Shown here piece by piece: positions 56,565 to 64,000 of a stretch of 64,000 bases of DNA. Position 1 is the first letter of the stretch. Each line of letters opens with the position of its first letter. Source of the stretch: Minisyncoccia bacterium. GTDB taxonomy: Bacteria; Patescibacteriota; Minisyncoccia; Phycocordibacterales; UBA9973. The notes under the pieces are model-generated. The model was not told where the DNA came from, did not search any database, and saw only the letters and a program-made list of their open reading frames with translations. The stretch covers positions 26,259 to 90,258 of the forward strand of contig JBAQFO010000009.1 in NCBI GenBank assembly GCA_049287305.1, read 5' to 3'. A program made the translations under genes and the position numbers.

Positions 56565-57344
56565 ATGTCAACACAAATAACAACTGAACAAATTAAGGAG
56601 TTAAGAGATAGCACCGGTATTTCCGTAATGCAATGCAAACGAGCACTGGAAGAAGCCGAAGGCGACATGAATAAGGCTCTGGCGATACTTAAGAAAACAA
56701 GCTCCGCCATCGCTCTTAAAAAAGGCGACCGAGAAGTTAAAGACGGAAGAGTCGCGGTTAAAATGGAAGGCAAAAAAGCCGTTTTAGTTGCCCTCTTGTG
56801 CGAAACAGATTTCGTGGCAAGAAATGAGGACTTCACTACCCTTTTGGAGCGCCTAGTAGACAAAGCTTTCCAGAATGGGGTGGAAAAAATGAAAGCCGAG
56901 GCAAAGGATATGATAGACCCCGTAATCCAAAAAACAGGAGAAAACATCCAGCTCGGAGAGGCGTCCGAAATAACGGGAGACGTATTGGAAAATTACGTGC
57001 ACAACAATAAAATAGCAATCATCGTGTCCTTGGACGGAGGAGACTCGGAACTGGCGAAGGATATTGCCATGCATATAGCCGCCATGAAACCCGAATACAT
57101 CTACGGAAACGAAGTAAGCGAAGAGGCGCGAAAAACAATGGAGGAAGTTTTTCAAAAAGAAGTTGCTTCCATAGACAAACCGGAAGATATCAAGAAAAAG
57201 ATGTTGGAAGGTAAAATGGCGACTTACTTCAAAGAAAAAACTTTGGTAGACCAGGCGTTTATCAAGGACGGCGACATCACGGTGGGCAAGCTTCTGGAAA
57301 ACAAAAAAGCGAAAATCAAAGAAGTAAAACGTTATTCTATATAA
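56565..57344 (+). CDS. tsf: Translation elongation factor Ts
   Basis: IKELRDSTGISVMQCKRALEEAEGDMNKA UBA-like N-terminus and LLCETDFVARNEDF motif. It lies directly after rpsB. Confidence 0.85.
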   Translation: MSTQITTEQIKELRDSTGISVMQCKRALEEAEGDMNKALAILKKTSSAIALKKGDREVKDGRVAVKMEGKKAVLVALLCETDFVARNEDFTTLLERLVDKAFQNGVEKMKAEAKDMIDPVIQKTGENIQLGEASEITGDVLENYVHNNKIAIIVSLDGGDSELAKDIAMHIAAMKPEYIYGNEVSEEARKTMEEVFQKEVASIDKPEDIKKKMLEGKMATYFKEKTLVDQAFIKDGDITVGKLLENKKAKIKEVKRYSI

Positions 57345-57347
57345 GAT

Positions 57348-57752
57348 ATGATATATTTTATTTTAAGTTTGTTTTTTGTTTCTCTTCTTGGAATCATATT
57401 TATGATTGGGAGAAAGGTTCTGATGATACAAAATGGGCAAATCCCCGAATACCCGGAAGGCGGAACGGATGGAGAATACTGGGAAGAATTTAAATACGGA
57501 GCGGTAAAAGGATTGAGAAAATTAGGTTACGCAATGCTTGTGGGAATAATAAGATTATACGTAAAGCTGGTAAATTTTCTTAAAACTACTTACGAACAAG
57601 TTGTGGCGAAAATCCACTCAATGTATGTTAGGAAGTCGGAAGAAGGTGTTGTGGAAGCCAGAGAGGTCAGTAAGTTCCTTAAGATGGTTGGAGAATACAA
57701 GAGAAAATTGCGCAGAATAAAAGAGAAAGTAAAGAAAGAAGAAGATTTGTAG
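57348..57752 (+). CDS. Hypothetical membrane protein
   Basis: 134 aa with an N-terminal TM segment and a Lys/Glu-rich C-terminus. Confidence 0.35.
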   Translation: MIYFILSLFFVSLLGIIFMIGRKVLMIQNGQIPEYPEGGTDGEYWEEFKYGAVKGLRKLGYAMLVGIIRLYVKLVNFLKTTYEQVVAKIHSMYVRKSEEGVVEAREVSKFLKMVGEYKRKLRRIKEKVKKEEDL

Positions 57753-57758
57753 AAGATG

Positions 57759-57806
57759 CCGCCTTACCTGCCCGAACGACTAGCTCGTTCAGTCGGGCGG
57801 GGCTCA
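57759..57806. repeat. Structured palindromic element, copy 2 (inverted relative to 40912-40958)
   Basis: gccgccttacctgcccgaacgactagctcgttcagtcgggcggggctc. Its reverse complement shares the gagccccgcccgactgaa...cgttcgggc core. Confidence 0.5.
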
Positions 57807-57876
57807 GTTTCCACCAGAGGCGGATAAAGTCCGAGCAAAGCAATGAGGGAGTTCATTTAGAAAAAGAAATAATATT

Positions 57877-57952
57877 GCCGCCTTAGCTCAGTTGGTAGAG
57901 CAACGCTTTTGTAAAGCGAAGGTCCTCGGTTCGAATCCGAGAGGCGGCTCCA
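57877..57952 (+). tRNA. tRNA-Thr(UGU), CCA encoded
   Basis: GCCGCCT-TA-GCTC-AGTTGGTA-GAGC-A-ACGCT-TTTGTAA-AGCGA-AGGTC-CTCGG-TTCGAAT-CCGAG-AGGCGGC-T-CCA. There is one 27:43 mismatch, and the anticodon assignment depends on loop register. Confidence 0.75.
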
Positions 57953-57991
57953 TATATCAAAAAACATTATTGAGCAGATAGATTATACTCT

Positions 57992-58672
57992 TTATTCTGC
58001 GCTTTCTGGTTCTTGAATTCCTTGGAGCTTGAAAGATTTTTCCACCAACGCCGATAGTTCGTCAAAGCCGTGAAATCCGTTCAAGGCATCTCCGTCTATA
58101 ACCAGCGCCGGCAGAGCGGTATCTTTTATTTTGTAAATCTGAATCATCGCCTTGACCGCCGACAGGTCAGTGCTGTAGTCAAAAGAGTAGACCCGCAGTT
58201 CCGGATACTCCGAACGAAGTTTGGATAACACCAGGCTCTCCTCCCTGCAAAGGGTGCAATTTTCCGCGGTAGTATAGAAGTAAAGAATGAATGCGGATTT
58301 AATTCCGCATCGCTCGGATATTCTCTTCGCCAGAAGATAATCTTTGATTTGAAGCAGTGAGTAATATTTTTTCAAATAAGAAACCTCCGCGTCGGAACCC
58401 AGGTTATTCTCGCTCCACTCAAGCTTGCTTCCAAGCTCCCCGAGTTCGCGCGAAAATACGGAATCTGAAATATTCTTGCAGGAAAGTTCGGAAAGCAAAG
58501 AAAATTGTGTTTCCGAAGAAAGAATATCTATAGCTATTTGGTCTTGGATATTCTGCAACTGGTTTATTTTTTTATCGCCAAAATAATTACTCACGTAGCT
58601 CGCTGTAAAGAACAGCCCCATGGTAATCAGAAACACAATCAAATATTTTTTCCAATCAATATTGTTATTCAT
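57992..58672 (-). CDS. Membrane-anchored CxxC protein (thioredoxin/DsbA-like, tentative)
   Basis: An N-terminal TM segment and a CTLC motif; no stronger homology was recognised. Confidence 0.35.
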   Translation of the reverse strand: MNNNIDWKKYLIVFLITMGLFFTASYVSNYFGDKKINQLQNIQDQIAIDILSSETQFSLLSELSCKNISDSVFSRELGELGSKLEWSENNLGSDAEVSYLKKYYSLLQIKDYLLAKRISERCGIKSAFILYFYTTAENCTLCREESLVLSKLRSEYPELRVYSFDYSTDLSAVKAMIQIYKIKDTALPALVIDGDALNGFHGFDELSALVEKSFKLQGIQEPESAE

Positions 58673-58676
58673 ATGT

Positions 58677-59921
58677 TTACCTCCAAGACGGCTTCCTTGC
58701 TAAAAGGGTATTGTAAAGCCCCTGCAAAAACCACACGGGAGCAATAATCCCAAAGACCGGAAAGAAATACAGGATATGCACGGAAAAAAGATTTTTTTCT
58801 TTTGTCATTTTTCGCCCAAAAATTATCGCGAAAATCACGAGTGCGTAGATAAGCCCGATTATAAACAAGGCTGATTGGGTGTTTATAAAAAACGGGTCAA
58901 GGTTGAAGCTTTTAACATTAAATTCAAAGCCTATTGTCTTAAACTCCAGAATCTTTGAGTATATAAAACTTCCGATATTATAGACAATCTTGCCGAAAAG
59001 GTAGCTGACGGAAAACATGGAAATAACCCCCATGGGTAGGGTAAAGGTGGCAAAGTTGCCGTATTTTTTATTGAATAAAACCTCCCGATAATCAATGGTG
59101 TTGTTGATAAAACCGTAAATCCATCGTAGTCTCTGGCGATAAAGTTTCCGCACCGTAGTGGGAGTATTGGTATACACATAGGCGTCGTTACAATGCTCTA
59201 TTTTATAGTGATTTTTCTGCATGCGGTAAGCTATTTCCATATCTTCGGTGCTGTGTCCGTGCCTATAGGGCCCCAGGTTGTCAAAAACTTTTTTACGGAA
59301 AACAGTCAACGGTCCGGGCGTAACGTTAATTGCCCCAATCATTCCAAGCATTTTTTTGAAATAAACTCCCATGTGGTATTCGGCTTTTTGCGCAAGCTGA
59401 ATGAAATTTTTAGGGTCATATACCGTAACAGACGGAGCCACCGCCATTGCGTGTTCGTCATTTTCAAAATAACTCATAATGCGGACGAGCGCTTCTGGGT
59501 GAGCTACCGAATCCGCGTCCAGACATCCGAAAAAATCCGTTTCTATGTTTTCCAAGCCCAAATTTAAGGCGGTGTGTTTTCCTCCGTTTTTCTTGCTGAA
59601 TATTTTTACATTCTTGTATTTCTCAAACTTTTTTATCTCTTTCAGTGTCCCGTCCGTGGATCCGTCATCTATAAGAAAAATACTAATTTTGTCTTGGGGA
59701 TAATTTAAATTAAGAACGGAATTCACTGTCTTGCCCACTGTTTTTTCTTCGTTCCAGCAAGGCACGGCTATGGTTACTGCCGGGTAATTTTCCAGCTTGA
59801 TGTTCCCGATTCTGGTGATAATTTTCTTTCTGTTTTCAATGAAGGTAACCAGAAAAAACACCTGCACATACGCAGACAAAAACACCAATATGTAAAGTAT
59901 AACGTCGCCAAATAAAGCCAT
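58677..59921 (-). CDS. Family-2 glycosyltransferase, processive type (cellulose/chitin/PgaC-like synthase)
   Basis: DDGSTD, DADS and QRLRW (QxxRW) motifs plus flanking TM helices. The start is placed at the internal Met of MALFGDVILY. Confidence 0.75.
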   Translation of the reverse strand: MALFGDVILYILVFLSAYVQVFFLVTFIENRKKIITRIGNIKLENYPAVTIAVPCWNEEKTVGKTVNSVLNLNYPQDKISIFLIDDGSTDGTLKEIKKFEKYKNVKIFSKKNGGKHTALNLGLENIETDFFGCLDADSVAHPEALVRIMSYFENDEHAMAVAPSVTVYDPKNFIQLAQKAEYHMGVYFKKMLGMIGAINVTPGPLTVFRKKVFDNLGPYRHGHSTEDMEIAYRMQKNHYKIEHCNDAYVYTNTPTTVRKLYRQRLRWIYGFINNTIDYREVLFNKKYGNFATFTLPMGVISMFSVSYLFGKIVYNIGSFIYSKILEFKTIGFEFNVKSFNLDPFFINTQSALFIIGLIYALVIFAIIFGRKMTKEKNLFSVHILYFFPVFGIIAPVWFLQGLYNTLLARKPSWR

Positions 59922-60014
59922 ATAGCTTATATTTAATATATCATTTTTGAGGTTTAATGCAACAGAAAACCCCCGAAATATAGGGGGTTTTCTAAAAAAA
60001 CACATAAACCCTTA

Positions 60015-60308
60015 TTACATGGTCTTCCCTCCTCCTTCTGTGGCGCACGCTGCGCATGCTGCTTTGCACTCCTTACACTTTTTACAGCAACATCCAAAAA
60101 TCTTTATTACCGCGGCAAGTCCAACTAGAATATAAACAATCGCCTCAATCGCTGGCCAAGTGCCGAGAAGCATATTAACAACATTCAAATCTCGGTTCAT
60201 TAACATCCCCACGCCCACCAATCCCCAATTCAAACCCCCGACAATTAATAAAATTTTTGAAACCAACTTAACCGCGCAACCTCCCCCACATTTTGAAGTG
60301 CAACACAT
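60015..60308 (-). CDS. DUF378-like small membrane protein with a Cys-rich C-terminus
   Basis: KILLIVGGLNWGLVGV ... IVYILVGLAA pattern and a CCCKKCKECKAACAAC tail. The start is uncertain. Confidence 0.45.
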   Translation of the reverse strand: MCCTSKCGGGCAVKLVSKILLIVGGLNWGLVGVGMLMNRDLNVVNMLLGTWPAIEAIVYILVGLAAVIKIFGCCCKKCKECKAACAACATEGGGKTM

Positions 60309-60392
60309 ATATATAATTTTTTATTGTGTCCCGCTTTTACGGAAACAGTTAATAATGTTAATTCTTATATTATATCATACCCTCTTTAAAAT

Positions 60393-61127
60393 ATGCTACA
60401 ATGGCTGTATTACAAATTATGCATAGAAACCATGGAAAATAACAACATAAAACCAATAGCGGGGGCGATTATCATAGCTGGAGTTCTCATAGCCGGGGCA
60501 ATTTTACTCAAGGATAGCTCAGGATCCGGGGTTAGCGCCCCCATTTCCAAACAAGTTGGTCTTAGCGTGAAAAAGTTTAACGCTTGTCTTGAAAGTGGAA
60601 AATTTAAAGATAAAGTTCAGGCAGACGTAGATGACGGAGTAGTGGCTGGAGTAAGCGGAACCCCCTCCTCTTTTATTTTGAAAGATGGACAGACGGTATC
60701 TTTTACCACAGAGGACGGCAAAGAATATGATTCTATCCCCGGCGCTCAACCCTATGAAATAGTAATGAAAAACATAAATCGGATATTGGGAAGCGAAGTA
60801 GAATCAAAAGAAACAAAAATCAGACCGGTGTCTGCCGAAGACCATGTCGTCGGAGACCTAAACACTGCAAAGCTAGTCGTAGTAGAATATTCAGACCTTG
60901 AGTGTCCTTTCTGTAAATCATTCCACGCCACAATGCACCAGGTTGTGGAAAAGAGCAACGGAGATGTAGCTTGGGTATACAGACACTACCCTATTCCCCA
61001 GCTTCATCCGAAGGCCTTACGGGCCGCTGAAGCCACAGAATGCGCTTGGGAACAAGGAGGCAATAAAGCTTTCTGGAAATACGCGGACAAAGTATTTGAA
61101 ATCGGACTACAGACAAACACATTTTAG
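60393..61127 (+). CDS. DsbA-like thioredoxin-fold oxidoreductase, membrane-anchored
   Basis: CPFC active site (VVEYSDLECPFCKSFH) and an N-terminal TM segment. The alternative start is MENNN at 60432. Confidence 0.7.
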   Translation: MLQWLYYKLCIETMENNNIKPIAGAIIIAGVLIAGAILLKDSSGSGVSAPISKQVGLSVKKFNACLESGKFKDKVQADVDDGVVAGVSGTPSSFILKDGQTVSFTTEDGKEYDSIPGAQPYEIVMKNINRILGSEVESKETKIRPVSAEDHVVGDLNTAKLVVVEYSDLECPFCKSFHATMHQVVEKSNGDVAWVYRHYPIPQLHPKALRAAEATECAWEQGGNKAFWKYADKVFEIGLQTNTF

Positions 61128-61143
61128 TCGCAGTCATACAAAC

Positions 61144-61168
61144 AAAAACCCGCGATAAGCGGGTTTTT
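61144..61168. terminator. Bidirectional terminator between the DsbA-like gene and rpoD
   Basis: aaaaacccgcgataagcgggttttt. Confidence 0.6.
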
Positions 61169-61180
61169 GTTTGTCTCTGA

Positions 61181-62413
61181 TTAATCAAAGTAGTTTTTAA
61201 GCCTTGAGATTTTTTCGTGCTGACGGAGCTTTTCATGAACCTTGGCTTCAATCTGGCGAATTCGCTCGCGAGTAACACCGAACTCTTCTCCCACCCTCTC
61301 AAGGGTGTGCTGGATGCCGTCCAGGAGCCCGTAGCGCATTTCCAAAATTTTTCTTTCTTTTGGATTTAACTCATCCAACACTTCTCGAATCTGGTCTCCC
61401 AGTATTCTCCTGGAAGATTCCTGGTCGGGGCGCAATATCTTGTCGTCGGGAATAAAATTCTCCAAAGTTGATTTATCGTCATCGTCCCCCACTGGCTGCT
61501 CAAGTGAGACTGTCTCCTGGGAAATATTTTCAATCACATGGATTTTTTCAACCGGAATTCCCATTTCGGTGGCAATTTCTTCGGCAAGAGGCTCCCGGCC
61601 CAAGTCCTGGGAAAGTCTGCGGTGGGTTTGTTTGTATTTGGAAATAGTTTCCACCATGTGGACAGGAATACGGATTGTGCGGGACTGGTCGGCAAGCGCG
61701 CGAGTTATGGACTGGCGAATCCACCAAGTGGCGTAAGTTGAAAATTTATAACCCTTGGTCCAGTCAAATTTCTCCACCGCCTTAAACAGCCCGAGGTTTC
61801 CCTCCTGAATAAGGTCAAGCAGGGTAAGGTTCGCGGAGCGGCCCACATATTTCTTGGCGATAGACACCACTAATCGTAGGTTTGCCCGAGCCAGTAAATT
61901 CTTTGCTTCCAGGTCTCCTTTTTCTATTCTCTTGGCCAAATCTTTTTCGTCTCCGGCGTGAATAAGGGGATATTGCCCAATTTCTTTTAGATACATCTGG
62001 ATAGAGTCGTGCATCGTGCCCTTGTTTAAGTCCTTGTCGTTTAAATCTAGGTCAAGGTTGAGCAAGTTTCCTCCCTCAAGGACATCAATTCCGGCTACCC
62101 CGAACTTTTCGTAAAGTTCATCTAAAAATAAAATATTGTTTTCAATGTCAGGAAACGTTTTCAATATCTCGTCATAAGTAATGAACCCGCGCTTCCGGCC
62201 TTTTTCTATGATGCTATTGGCCAGCACTTCCAGCGCTCCGGCCTTTTTCTCGGCGCTGGATAGTTTCTTGGCTTTAACCTTTTTGTCGGCTTTTTTTGTT
62301 TCCTTTTTTACTTTCTTAACCGCTTTTTTTACCTTTTTAACGGGTTTTTTCTTTTTCACCGCTTTCTTTTTTGAAACTACTTTTTTATTTTTCTTTTTTG
62401 CGTTTTTTTTCAT
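61181..62413 (-). CDS. rpoD: RNA polymerase sigma-70 factor (RpoD-like) with a Lys-rich N-terminal extension
   Basis: Regions 2-4 ([13 protein letters not shown], region 4 HTH). It lies downstream of dnaG, the classic operon order. Confidence 0.9.
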   Translation of the reverse strand: MKKNAKKKNKKVVSKKKAVKKKKPVKKVKKAVKKVKKETKKADKKVKAKKLSSAEKKAGALEVLANSIIEKGRKRGFITYDEILKTFPDIENNILFLDELYEKFGVAGIDVLEGGNLLNLDLDLNDKDLNKGTMHDSIQMYLKEIGQYPLIHAGDEKDLAKRIEKGDLEAKNLLARANLRLVVSIAKKYVGRSANLTLLDLIQEGNLGLFKAVEKFDWTKGYKFSTYATWWIRQSITRALADQSRTIRIPVHMVETISKYKQTHRRLSQDLGREPLAEEIATEMGIPVEKIHVIENISQETVSLEQPVGDDDDKSTLENFIPDDKILRPDQESSRRILGDQIREVLDELNPKERKILEMRYGLLDGIQHTLERVGEEFGVTRERIRQIEAKVHEKLRQHEKISRLKNYFD

Positions 62414-62419
62414 AAATTT

Positions 62420-64000
62420 TTATTTTTTTAAGCGACCGTTTTTAATATCTTGTATTCTGCTGTTCAGAGCCTGACATTCTTTTAAAATTTGAGCCGACTT
62501 GGGGCTATCTTTGTCTTTTTCCGCCAGGGAAAGCTCTTTCATTTTCTGCACCAGCTCTTCTTTTAAATATTCTTCTTCCAGATTATTTAGCATTTCCCCC
62601 ATATCTCTTTCTATATTGGAATCACTGCCGTAGAAAACCTCTGCTTCAAAAATCAAATCCCCTTCATTTTCTTTAGCTTTTTGAAGCAATTCTTCCGGCG
62701 AATTTTTGATTATTTCAGCCAGTTTGTTTATAAATTTTTCTGCATCAATACTTGGTTCCGGTAGACTTTTCTGCCAGAGAATCACTCCTAACAGCTTGCG
62801 CAGGATGTAATCTTTCCTATAAATAGTTTTCAGAGCTTCATTGGCTTGTTTTATTTCCTCTTTCTCGCTAAATAGCTCGTGTTCAATTTTTTTCAAATCC
62901 TCTTCCAGAGCCACGAGCGGAATCCCCGATTGTTCGCTTATCTTTTTAATAAAATGGGCTTTTTCTATCCTGCTTTCCAAGGCATCTACAAAAGGAAGAA
63001 TTTTTTCTTTTATTTCTCTCCCCGCCTTCCTGGTATCTTCCCCAGCGCTTCTTATGGTTTTTCCTAAAAGGAATTCTATGATGTGTTTGGAGTTTTTAAT
63101 TGCTTCTTTCCATTTGTCAGCCCCCTCTTTGGAAATCAAATCAGCGGGGTCCACTCCTTCGGGTATTTCCACAACTTTTACATCCATTCCGAGAGATAGT
63201 GCAATCTTCCCGGCCCGAATAGTGGCGCTCGCTCCGGCCTTATCGGCGTCAAAAGCAAGCACCATATTCTGAGAAAGGCGTCGGACTAGTCCCAGATTAG
63301 AAACGACGTTTTCCTTGGAAACAGTGGAATCCGAAAGGGCTGTCCCCGAAGTGGCTACCGTGTTTCTGTAGCCTGCTTGGTGGGACAAGATTAAATCCAT
63401 CTGGCCCTCAACTAAAATAGAAAAATTGTTTTTCCGAATAGCTTCCTTGGCTTTGTCTATGCCGTAAAGCACCGCATTCTTGCTAAAAACAGGGGTCTCT
63501 GGGCTGTTTAGGTATTTGGCGGATTTGCCATCGTCCGTAAAAATTCTTCCCGAAAAAGCGACAACGCGCCCGCTTGAGTCTGCTATCGGAAACATTATCC
63601 TTCCACGAAATCTGTCATACATCCCCTTGCCCTTATCTTCCGGACTCTTAGCAAGTCCGGCTCTTTCTGTTTCTTTGTCGGTAAAATTTTTAGATTTTAA
63701 ATATTCATAAAGCAGTCGCCAATCTAGTTTTGCATATCCAATCCTGAAATCTTTTATGCTTTTCTCGTTAAGCCCGCGAGCTTTTAAATAATCCAGAATT
63801 TCCTTATTGTCTTTTAGATTATTTTCAAAATACCTTGTCGCCTCTTCCATCGCCCGAAACAATTTTTCCTTCTCGCTTTCGGCTTCTTTCATAGCCGGCG
63901 TGTAAACTTCAAGTGGGATACCCGCCCTGCCCGCCAAAAGTTTTAAGGCTCCTTTGAAATCCAGGCCTTCAAACTCTTCCACAAAAGTAAAAATATCTCC
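62420..64000 (-). CDS. dnaG: DNA primase DnaG, N-terminus beyond the window end
   Basis: TOPRIM domain LVEGQMDLILSHQAGYRNTVATSGTAL. The reading frame is open to the window edge. Confidence 0.85.
   Translation of the reverse strand, partial: GDIFTFVEEFEGLDFKGALKLLAGRAGIPLEVYTPAMKEAESEKEKLFRAMEEATRYFENNLKDNKEILDYLKARGLNEKSIKDFRIGYAKLDWRLLYEYLKSKNFTDKETERAGLAKSPEDKGKGMYDRFRGRIMFPIADSSGRVVAFSGRIFTDDGKSAKYLNSPETPVFSKNAVLYGIDKAKEAIRKNNFSILVEGQMDLILSHQAGYRNTVATSGTALSDSTVSKENVVSNLGLVRRLSQNMVLAFDADKAGASATIRAGKIALSLGMDVKVVEIPEGVDPADLISKEGADKWKEAIKNSKHIIEFLLGKTIRSAGEDTRKAGREIKEKILPFVDALESRIEKAHFIKKISEQSGIPLVALEEDLKKIEHELFSEKEEIKQANEALKTIYRKDYILRKLLGVILWQKSLPEPSIDAEKFINKLAEIIKNSPEELLQKAKENEGDLIFEAEVFYGSDSNIERDMGEMLNNLEEEYLKEELVQKMKELSLAEKDKDSPKSAQILKECQALNSRIQDIKNGRLKK

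Noticed and set aside
1-64000. CRISPR arrays, rRNA genes and prophage structural genes
   Set aside because: No short regularly spaced direct repeats, no rRNA-like conserved stretches, and no capsid/terminase/portal-like ORFs were recognised anywhere in the window.

Overview
This 64 kb window is a low-GC (roughly 35-40% by eye), tightly packed bacterial chromosome segment. It is most consistent with a small-genome CPR/Patescibacteria-like organism, based on a compact ~340-nt RNase P RNA, giant Gly/Thr-rich surface proteins (one with a C-terminal peptidoglycan-binding domain), a sortase with its substrate, and a minimal sugar metabolism.

Layout:
- 1-10 kb: an alpha-glucan/glycogen cluster (NDH-2 fragment, glgP, GH57, glgA, cupin-type PGI, phosphohexomutase, HAD hydrolase, two HIGH-motif nucleotidyltransferases).
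- 10-13 kb: SIMPL, MBL-fold, tandem PhnB/VOC and CAP-domain proteins.
- 13-19.7 kb: a 1307-aa surface protein, a sortase with a Gly/Ser-rich substrate, and MltG.
- 19.7-25 kb: a patchwork of strikingly GC-rich (about 50-62%) foreign-looking genes. Two share an upstream TTGCGACAC motif. An IS transposase fragment sits here, and a 35-bp terminator-like sequence is directly repeated around a 1.1 kb GC-rich insert.
- 25.0-25.6 kb: a tRNA-Asn(GUU) gene split in its anticodon loop by a small group I intron that carries an HNH homing-endonuclease ORF.
- 29-40.6 kb: a mobile island ending at tRNA-Ala. It holds an archaeal-type AAA ATPase, iteron-like repeats, and two large serine recombinases tied to two pairs of long inverted repeats (366 bp and ~132 bp). 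The 366-bp inverted repeats bracket a 7-gene operon: C-protein, DNA methyltransferase, HNH nuclease, a proteasome-beta-like Ntn hydrolase, and membrane proteins.
- 40.6-64 kb: GIY-YIG nuclease, rnpB, DUF192, an arginine-decarboxylase-like gene, tgt, a DinJ/YafQ toxin-antitoxin pair, a 1220-aa surface protein, a 675-aa repeat protein, mreBC, proS, rpsB-tsf, tRNA-Thr, a GT2 glycosyltransferase, a DsbA-like protein, rpoD and partial dnaG.

No CRISPR array was seen. All calls are from reading translated ORFs and the raw sequence, with no database searches.
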